A DNA stretch of 61,719 nt from an uncultured bacterium (GCA_964347065.1 CAYFXN010000005.1:1-61719), one strand, 5' to 3'; numbered from the stretch's first letter, positions 36,742 through 46,550 are shown. Notes: generated by a model from the sequence alone, not told the origin. Made by a program: numbers and translations.

Positions 36742-38241
36742 ATGGCTGAAGTGAAAATCGACGTTTTTTCAGGCCACGTGAGTGATGTCGCTGCCGACTT
36801 CCTGGTCGTGGGTCTGTTTGAAGGAGTAAAGAAAATCAGGGGAGCGACGAAAACAGTCGATGATATTCTCGGCGGGGTCATCACCGGGGCCATTCGAAAG
36901 CAGGAATTGAAGGGGAAATTTGGGGAGTGCATACCCTTCCCGACGGGAGGAAAGCTCAAATCCCAGAGGGTCCTCGTGATCGGCCTCGGCCAGAAGAAAC
37001 ATTTCTCCCTCGAAAAGATAAGGCACCTGACGCTTTTCCCAGTAAAAGAAGCGAAAAAATTGAGAAAGAGACATCTTGCCACTGTTATTCCGGGCGAAGA
37101 TGAGAGCGGTTTTGCTTCGCTGGATGCCGCGCGTTTTTTGGCTTTGGGGTACCTGCTATCGGATTATGCTTACGACAGGTTCAAGGAGGAGAAAGCACAC
37201 CGGTTAGGACTCCTGACAATTGTGGATAAGGACGCATCTTCGGAAAAAGAGATAAAAAAGGGTATCTTCGAAGCTCAGGGAATTGCATCGGGTGTAAACT
37301 ACGCGCGTGACCTCGTCAACACGCCCCCCCTATATATGCGTCCCGATGATCTTGCAAAAGAAGCTGCGAAGCTCTCGAAGGGGAAGATTACGGTGAAAAT
37401 CTACAGGGAGAGAGAGATAAAGAAAATGGGGATGAACGGCCTCTATGCCGTCGGCATGGGTTCGTCGGCTCCACCCCGGTTGATCGTCGCCACCTACCGC
37501 GGAGGAAAACAGAGGGAGAAACCTTTCGCTGTGGTAGGCAAAGGCGTGACCTTCGATACAGGAGGTATCTCCCTGAAAAAGTGGGAAGGCATGGAGAAGA
37601 TGAAGTATGACATGGCCGGGGCGGCAGCTGCGCTGGGCACGCTCAAGGCCGTCTCGCAACTCGGACTGAAAAAGAACGTGATCGTTGTCGTCCCCGTCGC
37701 TGAGAACATGCCGTCGGGGACAGCATACCGGCCGGGAGACGTGATCACGATGATGTCGGGCAAGACGGTTGAAGTGTTGACAACGGATGCGGAAGGACGA
37801 TTGATCCTCGGTGATGCGTTGCATTTTGCAACGAAAAAGGGCGGGGCCAGGGCTATCGTGGATATCGCTACTCTGACAGGTGCATGCGTCGTCGCCCTCG
37901 GGAGCATCCCTATGGGGTTGATGGGAAACAACAAAGGTCTCGTCGAGAAATTTGCAAAAGCCGCGGAGGCGAGCGGTGAGCGTGCCTGGGAGCTTCCCCT
38001 CTATGAGGAATATGGAGAGCAGATCAAGAGCGAAGTGGCCGACATCAAGAACCTTGGAGGCCCCGAGGCGGGTGCTATAACAGCGGGGTTTTTCCTGAGT
38101 CAATTTGTCGGTGATGTCCCGTGGGTGCATCTGGATATCGCCGGTGTTGCCTGGAAAGATAAAGAGAGACTCGGATACTCGCCCGGTGCCACCGGTGCAG
38201 GTGTCAGATTGATAACGCAGGTTCTCATGACGTATGATTAG
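36742..38241 (+). CDS. pepA: Leucyl aminopeptidase (M17)
   Basis: VGKGVTFDTGGISLK, MKYDMAGAA, TTDAEGRLILGDAL, IATLTGAC, WVHLDIAG. Confidence 0.97.
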   Translation: MAEVKIDVFSGHVSDVAADFLVVGLFEGVKKIRGATKTVDDILGGVITGAIRKQELKGKFGECIPFPTGGKLKSQRVLVIGLGQKKHFSLEKIRHLTLFPVKEAKKLRKRHLATVIPGEDESGFASLDAARFLALGYLLSDYAYDRFKEEKAHRLGLLTIVDKDASSEKEIKKGIFEAQGIASGVNYARDLVNTPPLYMRPDDLAKEAAKLSKGKITVKIYREREIKKMGMNGLYAVGMGSSAPPRLIVATYRGGKQREKPFAVVGKGVTFDTGGISLKKWEGMEKMKYDMAGAAAALGTLKAVSQLGLKKNVIVVVPVAENMPSGTAYRPGDVITMMSGKTVEVLTTDAEGRLILGDALHFATKKGGARAIVDIATLTGACVVALGSIPMGLMGNNKGLVEKFAKAAEASGERAWELPLYEEYGEQIKSEVADIKNLGGPEAGAITAGFFLSQFVGDVPWVHLDIAGVAWKDKERLGYSPGATGAGVRLITQVLMTYD

Positions 38242-38250
38242 AAAGGACTC

Positions 38251-38889
38251 ATGATGACCATGAACGGAGATGGAGAAAACAAAAAGTTCGTCGCATGCCC
38301 CCACTGCACGATGCAGATGCCGGCAGACGTTGGTTCGTGTCCCCACTGCGAGCTTCCCGTCTTTTCAGAGGATCGCAGGAGCAAAGAGGGCCGAGACGAT
38401 TTCCTTCGTCAAAAAGGGGATTGGAGGAAGGCGAGGAAGAGCCGTTTGCTCCTCCTTCTCCTGGTTCCCTGCCTCTTGATTGCGTACTACGGCGGAGCCG
38501 GCCTTTACAGAACATTTTTCGGGGTGAACGTTGTCATCCTTGAGAATCCCGACCTGCCGATAAGAGATGTTGAGATCGATATGGTGAGCAATAAGCGTGT
38601 ATTGAGGGGAACGGTTTTGAACAACCTTACCGATGTTCCCGCGATCTCTCTAAAATCAATTGGTGTAAAGGCCGGTGTGGAGATGAAGGACGGGCAAGTT
38701 TATGTAAAGACCCTTTTTCCGATAGGCCCTTTGAACGAGCCGGGGGCGTTGCTCTTGGGTGATAGCGGTATTTTCGAGCTCCCCATCCCCAGCAATAATG
38801 TCAAGGCAGTGAGGCTCGGCGCAGAAATCATCGATCTGGCCGGGAAAAAAAGAATCTATGCGCCGGGTGACAGGAGCGAACCCAAATGA
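38251..38889 (+). CDS. Zinc-ribbon / single TM / periplasmic Ig-like hypothetical protein
   Basis: CPHC-x9-CPHC, then a hydrophobic helix (LLLLLLVPCLLIAYYG), then a beta-rich domain (RVLRGTVLNN). Confidence 0.65.
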   Translation: MMTMNGDGENKKFVACPHCTMQMPADVGSCPHCELPVFSEDRRSKEGRDDFLRQKGDWRKARKSRLLLLLLVPCLLIAYYGGAGLYRTFFGVNVVILENPDLPIRDVEIDMVSNKRVLRGTVLNNLTDVPAISLKSIGVKAGVEMKDGQVYVKTLFPIGPLNEPGALLLGDSGIFELPIPSNNVKAVRLGAEIIDLAGKKRIYAPGDRSEPK

Positions 38890-39554
38890 GGGGAGAGTTT
38901 AATCGCTGCCCGGGAAAATCTCGTCCGCAATAGTGGAGTGTTGGGTTTTTTCGCGATGTGCTGAACATATTTTTCGATATCGCGTGCCGTATCTATGTCG
39001 AAAAGCTCTTCCGTGAAACTGAAGGAGAGAGCTCCCTCTTCCAGTTTTGCAATGGTTGACTTCAGGACTCTGTCGGTTGACCAGGGTATTTGTTGAAAGG
39101 GGACGGAAGTGAAATCTCTCATTCCGATGAGGTAGTAGCCCCCGTCGTCGCAGGGACCGATTACAATATCTGTGCTCTCGAGCATGGCAACCGAACGGGT
39201 GATGATCGAAGGGGTCAGGAGGGGTATATCGGTGCCGATAATGATGAGAGGGTTTTTCGATTGCTCCCAGACGAGCTTTGCTGCATTCTCCATCTTTTCC
39301 CCTAGGTTTATTCCACTCTGTGGCAGGATGGATATGCCCATACCGCCATACCTGTCAAAGTAGGGGGAATTTTGAGGTTCAACGAAAAGGTACATTCCTG
39401 CTCCCTTCAGGGATATTACGATATCGATGGTATCGGAAAGCATCGCTTCGTACAGGTACGAGGCGAGCTGATGTGACAAAGGGGGACTCAGGCGTGTTTT
39501 AACCCTGCCGGGCGCCGGTTCTCTTGCCATAACAAGTATCGAGAAATGATCCAC
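38856..39554 (-). CDS. DUF2064 / TIGR04282 glycosyltransferase-like protein (CofC-like fold)
   Basis: MAREPAPGRVKTRL, QSGINLGEKM, IIGTDIP, IGPCDDGGYYLIG, DIDTARD. Confidence 0.88.
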   Translation of the reverse strand: MDHFSILVMAREPAPGRVKTRLSPPLSHQLASYLYEAMLSDTIDIVISLKGAGMYLFVEPQNSPYFDRYGGMGISILPQSGINLGEKMENAAKLVWEQSKNPLIIIGTDIPLLTPSIITRSVAMLESTDIVIGPCDDGGYYLIGMRDFTSVPFQQIPWSTDRVLKSTIAKLEEGALSFSFTEELFDIDTARDIEKYVQHIAKKPNTPLLRTRFSRAAIKLSPHLGSLLSPGA

Positions 39555-39836
39555 TTTGCCGACCTCTTGACCAGAGAGTTCTTAAACAGTGGTTTCTCAA
39601 ATTATAAATGAAGTTTTCGGCCCCGAAAGGATAAATCTGTTGAAGATGACCGACGCGCGGGCGTCCCTTGCAGGGGGAACCGGGGAAAAAAGCGATTGAG
39701 ATGAGGAAATTACCGGTTACACCAGGCGCGAGACCTTGGTGGGCTGAAGTGTTTTTGCGGTAAAATAAACTTGGTTGATTTTCCCTTTCTTATCATCTAT
39801 GTTATATGATTTTAGTAACCAAGGGAGCTAGGTTAT

Positions 39837-40715
39837 ATGTCCGAAAATATTCTGAGATTGGGTTTGCCGAAAGGTTCGCTTCAGGAGTCCACGCTGAAGA
39901 TATTCAGGAAAGCCGGATTCAATATATCCGTGGGCCCCAGAATCTACATCCCCGATATAGATGACCCGGAAATTACCGGTCTCTTGATAAGGGCCCAGGA
40001 GATGGCCCGCTACGTTCAGGATGGTATCCTGGATGTGGGGCTCACCGGCCGTGATTGGGTCCTCGAACAGGGTGCAAAGGTCAAGGAGATCTGCGAGCTC
40101 AACTACGCGAAGGGAGGGCTCCGGCCGGTTCGCTGGGTTGTTGCAGTTCCCGAAGATTCCAAGATAAGGTCACTGAGGGATCTGGAGGGAAAGAGGATCG
40201 CCACCGAACTCGTCAACTTCACAAAAAAATACTTTCGCGAGAAGGGGGTGAACGCCCTCATCGAGTTTTCCTGGGGCGCAACTGAAGTAAAGGCGCCTGT
40301 GCTGGCAGATGCCATCGTCGAGGTAACCGAAACGGGGTCCACCCTGAGAGCAAACAAATTGAAGATCATAGAAACGATTCTCGAGTCCAAGACGCTTCTC
40401 ATTGCGAACAGGAAATCCCTGAAAGACCCCTGGAAGAAGAAAAAAATCGAGAAAATTGCCCTCCTTTTGACGGGCGCGCTCAATGCGCAAGAGATGGTGG
40501 GGTTGAAGATGAACGTGGAGAAAAAAGATCTCGATACCATTTTGAAAGTTCTTCCCTCGATGAAAAATCCCACCATATCTGCCCACACTGATGACCGGTG
40601 GGTCAGCCTCGAGGTTATCGTCGACGAGAGGACGGTGAGGGACCTGATCCCTGAACTGGTAGTGAAGGGCGCATCCGGCATTGTCGAATATCCCCTGAAC
40701 AAGGTTATTCCTTGA
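39837..40715 (+). CDS. hisG: ATP phosphoribosyltransferase, long form
   Basis: [50 protein letters not shown], plus C-terminal regulatory domain. Confidence 0.97.
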   Translation: MSENILRLGLPKGSLQESTLKIFRKAGFNISVGPRIYIPDIDDPEITGLLIRAQEMARYVQDGILDVGLTGRDWVLEQGAKVKEICELNYAKGGLRPVRWVVAVPEDSKIRSLRDLEGKRIATELVNFTKKYFREKGVNALIEFSWGATEVKAPVLADAIVEVTETGSTLRANKLKIIETILESKTLLIANRKSLKDPWKKKKIEKIALLLTGALNAQEMVGLKMNVEKKDLDTILKVLPSMKNPTISAHTDDRWVSLEVIVDERTVRDLIPELVVKGASGIVEYPLNKVIP

Positions 40716-41560
40716 AGGAAACCGAGCTCAAGATCAAAGACCATCTCGATTCCCTTTACGCAAAATACGGAAAGTCCTACCTTGAAACCGATCCCGTAGC
40801 GTTCGTCCACAGGTTCAGCGCAAAAGATGATATCGAAATCGTCGGGTTCCTCTGTGCCCTTCTCGCCTTTGGAAATGTTCCGCAGATCAAGAGGTCCCTG
40901 GAGGATTTGCTCTCGAGACTGGGGGATTGCCCGGCGGTGTTCGTGCGAAATTTCCGCATGGAGCAAAGGGTTGTCTTCGCTGGATTCAGACACCGTTTTG
41001 TGGGGGAAGACCAGATGACTGCCCTGGTCACGGTAGTGGGAAAGCTATTGCGCGATCGGGGCTCCATAAAAAATGCATTTACCGACTGTTATTCTCCCGG
41101 TGATTTGACTAGCAGCCTTTCCCGGTTCATAGAGAAGATGAAAAGGGCGGCGGGCGAAAGAGGGAAGCTCTTGAAGTTTATTCTCCCCGACCCGAAGGCA
41201 GGAAGCGCCTGCAAGAGACTCTTCCTCTTTCTCCGCTGGATGGTGAGGAGGGACGATGGGGTCGATTTCGGAATATTTGACACAGTGAGCCCGGCGGAGC
41301 TCATAATCCCCCTTGACACCCATATTGCCCGGATTTCAAATCTTTTTGGATTTACCAAGAAAAAAAGCAAGAGCCTGTCTACAGCCATCGAGATAACCGA
41401 ACGACTCAAGAGATATGATCCCCAAGATCCCGTGAAATATGATTTTGCCTTGACGAGGATCGGGATTGTCGAAGGGTGCCTCGGTGTATACTCGCAAAGT
41501 GTCTGTTTTCTTTGTGAAGCCGGTTTGCTCTGCAAGATGTTACGAACAGAGAGCGACTAG
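40712..41560 (+). CDS. TIGR02757 / DUF2400 family protein (HhH DNA-glycosylase-like)
   Basis: [49 protein letters not shown]-terminal Cys cluster. Confidence 0.88.
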   Translation: MKETELKIKDHLDSLYAKYGKSYLETDPVAFVHRFSAKDDIEIVGFLCALLAFGNVPQIKRSLEDLLSRLGDCPAVFVRNFRMEQRVVFAGFRHRFVGEDQMTALVTVVGKLLRDRGSIKNAFTDCYSPGDLTSSLSRFIEKMKRAAGERGKLLKFILPDPKAGSACKRLFLFLRWMVRRDDGVDFGIFDTVSPAELIIPLDTHIARISNLFGFTKKKSKSLSTAIEITERLKRYDPQDPVKYDFALTRIGIVEGCLGVYSQSVCFLCEAGLLCKMLRTESD

Positions 41561-42526
41561 TTTTCCCGCATCGGTCCTTTTTTTGTCAATTCTTTTCATG
41601 CCTGCAGCCCTGATCAATTTCAGCATTTCCTCCTCCGAATAGACCTTCCCTTTCAGGGTATTGACGAGCATATTTACAGAGAAAAGGGCGGCGTGGACGG
41701 GCTTGGTCCCCGATCTGTCTACTGTCATGTCATGAACCAGGAGTCGTCCGTTTTTGGTGAGCCAGCTTCTCAGGCGCGAAAAAAGCATGAGGCAGTCTTT
41801 TTCGCCCAGACTGTGGATAATGTTGGACAGTATCACCAGGTCGAATTCCATTCCGGGGTCGACTTTGAAAAAATCTCCTTCTATGAAACGAATTTTCTTC
41901 AACTCCTCTCTGTTTGTTTTCCTGATAATTTTTTTTGCCTCCCGAACCATTTCGGGGAGGTCGAGAACGTGCACGCTGTCAGATGAGGATGACTCCATGA
42001 TGGAAAGGGCATACCTGCCCGTACATCCTCCCACGTCGAGGATCGAACAAACCGATGAATAGTCGAAAAGGAGCGAGATTTCTTTCGAAGAGGCGATACC
42101 CCCCTGGTGCATCGCGAGAGCGAAATTGTAGAGCGACCGCTTGTCTGTGAGGTAATTCTTGACGGCGAATCCCTCGGAGGGTCTCCCCGTTTTCATCACC
42201 GAGGTCAAGTTTCCCCATGCATTCCACAGGCCCATGTTGTGAAGGACAAACCCCGTTAAGGGTTCCCCACTCCCTTCCACAAGGTGATTCCTGGCAAAAG
42301 GGCTGTTTTGATAGGTGCCTCTATACTTCTTAATCAGTTCCAAGCCGGTGAGGGCGTTCAGCAGGATTTCGGTGCTTCTTTGATCGAGTCTGAGCCCCTC
42401 TGCAATCTTTTCCACCGTGCAGGCCTTTTTGTTCAAAAAATCGAATATGCCAGCCGATGTTGCAGCGAAGAGAATCTGGCTTTCCCAGTATCCACGTAAT
42501 ATGGTGTTGAATTTCTCCCTGTCCAT
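41540..42526 (-). CDS. SAM-dependent O-methyltransferase (family 2, dimerisation domain)
   Basis: N-terminal wHTH dimerisation region, LDVGGCTG, LDLPEMV, EGDFFK, LSNIIH, LLVHD. ATG at 42526. Confidence 0.88.
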   Translation of the reverse strand: MDREKFNTILRGYWESQILFAATSAGIFDFLNKKACTVEKIAEGLRLDQRSTEILLNALTGLELIKKYRGTYQNSPFARNHLVEGSGEPLTGFVLHNMGLWNAWGNLTSVMKTGRPSEGFAVKNYLTDKRSLYNFALAMHQGGIASSKEISLLFDYSSVCSILDVGGCTGRYALSIMESSSSDSVHVLDLPEMVREAKKIIRKTNREELKKIRFIEGDFFKVDPGMEFDLVILSNIIHSLGEKDCLMLFSRLRSWLTKNGRLLVHDMTVDRSGTKPVHAALFSVNMLVNTLKGKVYSEEEMLKLIRAAGMKRIDKKRTDAGKLVALCS

Positions 42527-42548
42527 CTTTTCCCCCCGCAATTTAAGC

Positions 42549-42576
42549 TTGATAAAATGACGTTTATTATTATAAG
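42549..42576 (+). promoter_or_regulatory. Candidate sigma70 promoter of the MshEN-PilT gene
   Basis: TTGATA-N16-TATAAG in an AT-rich divergent spacer. Confidence 0.45.
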
Positions 42577-42612
42577 TTTATCTCATGTATACCTATCATA
42601 ACTGATGAGGGT

Positions 42613-44172
42613 ATGGCTATGAGAAAGAGACTCGGCGAGATTCTGATTGAGGCGGGACTTATAACCAACCAGGATCTCAACTACGCCCTCAAATCGCAGC
42701 GGCAGCTCGGTGGTACCGTTGGTGAAGCATTGGTTAGATTGGGATACGTGTCTGAAGAGCAGATCCTCCGTGCGCTATCCAAGCAACTTTCCCTCTCCCA
42801 TGTGAATTTGAGTAAAATCTCCATTCCCGAGGATGTGCTCAAAGTGGTTTCTTATTCAACGGTAAAGGAGAGAAAGATTCTTCCCCTCGGGTATGAAGGC
42901 TCGAAACTGATTGTCGGGATGGTGGATCCGACCGACCTCGAAGTGCTCTCGCAGGTGGAATTTAAAACGGGAAAAGCGACGCAACCGGTAATCATATCAT
43001 CCCACCAGTTTGGTGATGCCCTTCTCTTTTTCGAGGATCGTGGTTACGGAACGGTTCTTTTCGAACTGAGAGAGGATGTTGTCAAAAGAACGGAGGTAAT
43101 CGGGAATGATGTAGACAGCTTTCTCTCTACCCTCGTTGAGTTAAAAGGGCAGGACCTTCACCTTTCGGCAGGCGCGATCCCGAGTCTCAGGGTAGACAAC
43201 GAGTTGAGGAGGCTCAACTTTCCCGCCCTGACGCCTATTCAGATGGATAACATGATGTCCAAAATGCTTTCTTCGGAAAGGAAGAAGAGATTCGATGAGA
43301 CATTCGAGCTAGATTTTGCCTATTCTCTCGATGGGGTGGGCAGGTTCAGGTGTAATCTCTACAAGCAGCGGGGGTCTTTGGCATTTATAGCCCGCCACGT
43401 AGTGGAAGAGGTTCCAGAAGCCGATGAATTGGGCCTCCCTGCCTTCATTCGTGACTATGCGCTGAAAATAAGCGGGCTCATCCTCATTGTGGGAGCGAAC
43501 GGCCACGGAAAGTCAACAACCCTCGCTACCATGGTTGACATTATCAACAGGGAACGGAAGGCAAACATCATAACCATAGAAGATCCCATAGAGTTCACGC
43601 ACAAGCACAAGAACTCGAACGTGAACCAGCGGGAGGTTGGGACCGACACAAAATCTTTCGCTGACGGGTTGAGACATGTCTTCAGGCAGAATCCGGATGT
43701 CATCGTTATCGGTGAACTGAGGGATTTCGAAAGTATTTCGATAGCGCTGAGTGCGGCAGAGACGGGCCACCTCGTAATGGGAACGCTCCACTCCAACAAT
43801 GCCGTTTCCGCGGTGGACAGAATTATTGATATCTTCCCCCCGGGCCAACAGCAGCAGGTTCGGGCGCAGTTTGCAGACTGCATCGAGCTGGTTTTTTCAC
43901 AGCGGCTCATAAAAAAAGCCGATGGCACGGGGAGGATCTTGGCCTGGGAGAAGATGGCAACCAGCCCGCGGGTTCGCAATGCGATTCGGGAAGGAAAGAC
44001 ACATAATATTCGGAACATGATGCAGACGAACCTGGAGGAGCTGGTGAGCATCGACTGGACAATCGCCGAACTCGTTGCCGCGGGAAGGATCCACTATGAG
44101 GAGGCGATCAAGTTTGCCGATAACCTGAATTATTTTAACGATCTCTTGAAATTAAGGGGTGTTTACCGGTGA
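42613..44172 (+). CDS. MshEN/T2SSE_N-fused PilT-family ATPase
   Basis: N-terminal [24 protein letters not shown] (MshEN motif) with a second degenerate copy. C-terminal PilT domain ([57 protein letters not shown]). Confidence 0.9.
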   Translation: MAMRKRLGEILIEAGLITNQDLNYALKSQRQLGGTVGEALVRLGYVSEEQILRALSKQLSLSHVNLSKISIPEDVLKVVSYSTVKERKILPLGYEGSKLIVGMVDPTDLEVLSQVEFKTGKATQPVIISSHQFGDALLFFEDRGYGTVLFELREDVVKRTEVIGNDVDSFLSTLVELKGQDLHLSAGAIPSLRVDNELRRLNFPALTPIQMDNMMSKMLSSERKKRFDETFELDFAYSLDGVGRFRCNLYKQRGSLAFIARHVVEEVPEADELGLPAFIRDYALKISGLILIVGANGHGKSTTLATMVDIINRERKANIITIEDPIEFTHKHKNSNVNQREVGTDTKSFADGLRHVFRQNPDVIVIGELRDFESISIALSAAETGHLVMGTLHSNNAVSAVDRIIDIFPPGQQQQVRAQFADCIELVFSQRLIKKADGTGRILAWEKMATSPRVRNAIREGKTHNIRNMMQTNLEELVSIDWTIAELVAAGRIHYEEAIKFADNLNYFNDLLKLRGVYR

Positions 44173-44180
44173 GAGACAGG

Positions 44181-44285
44181 TTGGTCCAGATAAGAGGCCA
44201 AGCAGAGGCGAGAGAGAAATGGCACTTCTGGTGGTTCTACATCCTGAAGTGGCGCCCCTGTGGTTTCGATTCCCTTTCGTTATGA
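44181..44285 (+). CDS. Aromatic-rich attenuator leader peptide ([34 protein letters not shown])
   Basis: Not in the ORF track. TTG at 44181 with GGTGA SD 8 nt upstream, or GTG at 44169 overlapping the pilT stop. TGG-CAC-TTC-TGG-TGG-TTC-TAC at 44220-44240. TGA at 44283-44285. Confidence 0.72.
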   Translation: MVQIRGQAEAREKWHFWWFYILKWRPCGFDSLSL

Positions 44286-44291
44286 TTCCGG

Positions 44292-44324
44292 AGCCACCGG
44301 GGGGAACACCCGGTGGTTTTCTTT
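44292..44324 (+). terminator. Intrinsic terminator (attenuator) upstream of aroA'
   Basis: AGCCACCGGG-GGGAACA-CCCGGTGGTT followed by TTCTTT, 30 nt before the aroA' start codon. Confidence 0.85.
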
Positions 44325-44353
44325 CAATTAAGCTTGAAAGGTGGAGGAAGACA

Positions 44354-45145
44354 TTGATAGGAAAAAAGGTAAGGCTCGAAAGAATAATCAATAGAAATAC
44401 GGGGAAAACGGTTATCGTTCCCATGGATCATGGGCTCACCGCAGGCCCGATAGAAGGGCTGATCGACGTTTCGAAAGCCGCGAATCTTGTTGCCGAGGGG
44501 GGTGCCAACGCAGCTGTGGTTCACCGGGGCGGAGCGATGTTTGGCCACCGCGGTTACGGTAAGGATTTGGGTCTGATAATCCATCTGTCGGCATCGACGA
44601 ACCTTGCTCCCGATGCGAATAAAAAGATCCTCGTTGCGACTGTGGAGGACGCCATCCGGTTGGGTGCCGACGCGGTATCCATACACATCAACCTCGGTGC
44701 CGATAACGAGGCTGAAATGTTATCCGATTTCGGGGTCATTTCTTCTTCGTGCCATTATTGGGGGATGCCGCTTTTGGCGATGATGTACACTCGGGGACCG
44801 AAAATATCGAACCAGTTCGATCAAAAATATGTAAAGCACGCCGCGAGGGTCGCTGCAGAGATGGGAGCGGATATCGTGAAGGTCCCCTATTCCGGTTCCG
44901 TTGAATCCTTCAGCGAAGTCGTTACTGGCTGCGCCATACCGGTAGTGATAGCGGGAGGAGAGAAGATGAGCAGCGATTTTGAAGTCCTGACGATGGTCGG
45001 GGAGGCAATATCAGCGGGGGCAACGGGCGTTTCCATCGGAAGAAACGTATTTCAGCACACATCTCCCACGAAAATGGTGAGGGCGATTTCCGATATTGTG
45101 CATAACGGGGCCGGCGTAGAAGAAGCCCTGTGTGTTCTTGAGTAG
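44354..45145 (+). CDS. aroA': 2-amino-3,7-dideoxy-D-threo-hept-6-ulosonate synthase (archaeal-type AroA', class I aldolase)
   Basis: [59 protein letters not shown]. Start reassigned to TTG at 44354 (GGAGG RBS). Paired with DHQ synthase II. Confidence 0.88.
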   Translation: MIGKKVRLERIINRNTGKTVIVPMDHGLTAGPIEGLIDVSKAANLVAEGGANAAVVHRGGAMFGHRGYGKDLGLIIHLSASTNLAPDANKKILVATVEDAIRLGADAVSIHINLGADNEAEMLSDFGVISSSCHYWGMPLLAMMYTRGPKISNQFDQKYVKHAARVAAEMGADIVKVPYSGSVESFSEVVTGCAIPVVIAGGEKMSSDFEVLTMVGEAISAGATGVSIGRNVFQHTSPTKMVRAISDIVHNGAGVEEALCVLE

Positions 45146-45155
45146 GGAGTGTGAG

Positions 45156-46145
45156 ATGGAATTCTGGGTGAGGAGCATCCCCTACAAGAAAGAAATTATC
45201 ACCTTCGCTCTGGAACGCGGAATATCGACCTTCTGGGTGCAGGACAAATCGGTTGGTGCCGTGAGGAGGCTGGGCAAAGTGAATGTCGTAGCAGAGTCTG
45301 GGGACGTGAAACCGGGTGTGGATTTTAAGGTCTGTGAGATAACGGAACGGGGAGAACTGGAGAGGCTGTACACCCTTCCCGATGAGCTGTTGATATACGT
45401 GGAGGCAAGGAAAGAAGAGATCATACCACTTGAAAACCTCGTGGCTCAGCGCAAGAAGGTCCTTGTTCCTGTCAGGGGGGAAGATGACCTTCGTGTCTTC
45501 TCGGGGGTTCTGGAAAAAGGCGTCTGGGGGGTCGTTTTCGATGTGGATTCGCCGGGGGAACTATCCTTCCTCCTGTCCCGTTTCGATGAATGGCAAATAT
45601 CCCTCCAGTTGAAAAAAGCCGTGATTACGGAGGTTGACGTTCTCGGTCTCGGGGATAGAGTGTGCGTCGACACCTGCACCCTCATGACAGGACCGGTTGG
45701 TATGCTCGTGGGCAACTCCTCGAGAGGCTTATTCCTCGTCTCAGCCGAAAACGTCTCCTCTGAGTATGTTGATGAAAGACCTTTCAGAGTGAATGCCGGG
45801 GCAGTGCACATGTATACTCTCCTCCCATCGGGGAGGACCTGTTACCTTTCCGAAATCGAGGCGGGAAGCCAGGTCCTCACTGTGAGAAGCGATGGCGTTT
45901 CAGAAGTTGCGTGGGTGGGAAGGGCAAAGATCGAGAAAAGGCCCCTTCTCTTGATAAAAGGGGATGCGGGGGGAAAGGAGGTCTCTGCTGTTGTGCAGAA
46001 CGCAGAAACAATAAGGCTGATTTCCCCCAAGGGAGAACAGATATCGGTATCGGAGATAAAGAGGGGCAAGGAAGTCCTGTGTTTTCTGGACGAGGGGGGA
46101 AGACACTTCGGGATGAAAATAGAGGAAACGATCAAAGAGAAGTGA
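45156..46145 (+). CDS. aroB': 3-dehydroquinate synthase II (archaeal-type AroB')
   Basis: IIPLENLVA, GDRVCVDTCTLM..PVGMLVGN, RPFRVNAGAVH, GRAKIEKRPL, GGRHFGMKIEETIKEK. ATG at 45156. Confidence 0.93.
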   Translation: MEFWVRSIPYKKEIITFALERGISTFWVQDKSVGAVRRLGKVNVVAESGDVKPGVDFKVCEITERGELERLYTLPDELLIYVEARKEEIIPLENLVAQRKKVLVPVRGEDDLRVFSGVLEKGVWGVVFDVDSPGELSFLLSRFDEWQISLQLKKAVITEVDVLGLGDRVCVDTCTLMTGPVGMLVGNSSRGLFLVSAENVSSEYVDERPFRVNAGAVHMYTLLPSGRTCYLSEIEAGSQVLTVRSDGVSEVAWVGRAKIEKRPLLLIKGDAGGKEVSAVVQNAETIRLISPKGEQISVSEIKRGKEVLCFLDEGGRHFGMKIEETIKEK

Positions 46146-46284
46146 CCGCCCTTTCTGCAACGAATCCCCTTTGCATTATCGAACGGCTCTTTCGGACCCG
46201 CGCAGGTTCTCGGCGTTTGACAAATAGTTTTTCCATATCACATGTATAACTGATACAATAAATTTAGCAATTGTGGAGGAATAT

Positions 46285-46473
46285 ATGTTCGGATTAGGAT
46301 TGCCGGAACTGCTGATCATTTTGGTCATCGTGGTGTTGATATTCGGAGCGGGAAAGCTTCCGCAAATCGGCGCGGGATTGGGCCAGGCAATAGGTAATTT
46401 CAAGAAAGCAATCAAAGATTCAAAGTCGATAGATGTCACTCCGAAAGAGGAAGAGAAGAAAAAAGAAGAGTAA
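46285..46473 (+). CDS. tatA: Twin-arginine translocase subunit TatA/E
   Basis: [50 protein letters not shown]. Confidence 0.95.
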   Translation: MFGLGLPELLIILVIVVLIFGAGKLPQIGAGLGQAIGNFKKAIKDSKSIDVTPKEEEKKKEE

Positions 46474-46550
46474 TAACCATTTACCAATTCCACAGAGCGA
46501 CTCGCAATACTCTTATCAGCCCAACAAATTACATCGGTAACCGTGTCAAC

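Noticed and set aside
39555-39836. Histidine attenuator upstream of hisG
   Set aside because: No His-codon run in any frame and no terminator before the start; only short hairpins (GACGC/GCGTC).
44159-44353. 65-aa N-terminal extension of the aroA' ORF in the track (MFTGERQ...WFRFPF...)
   Set aside because: Homology to the aldolase begins at [11 protein letters not shown] 44354 has a GGAGG RBS, and the extension crosses the terminator hairpin. The aromatic signal is far stronger in the +1 frame (WHFWWFY).
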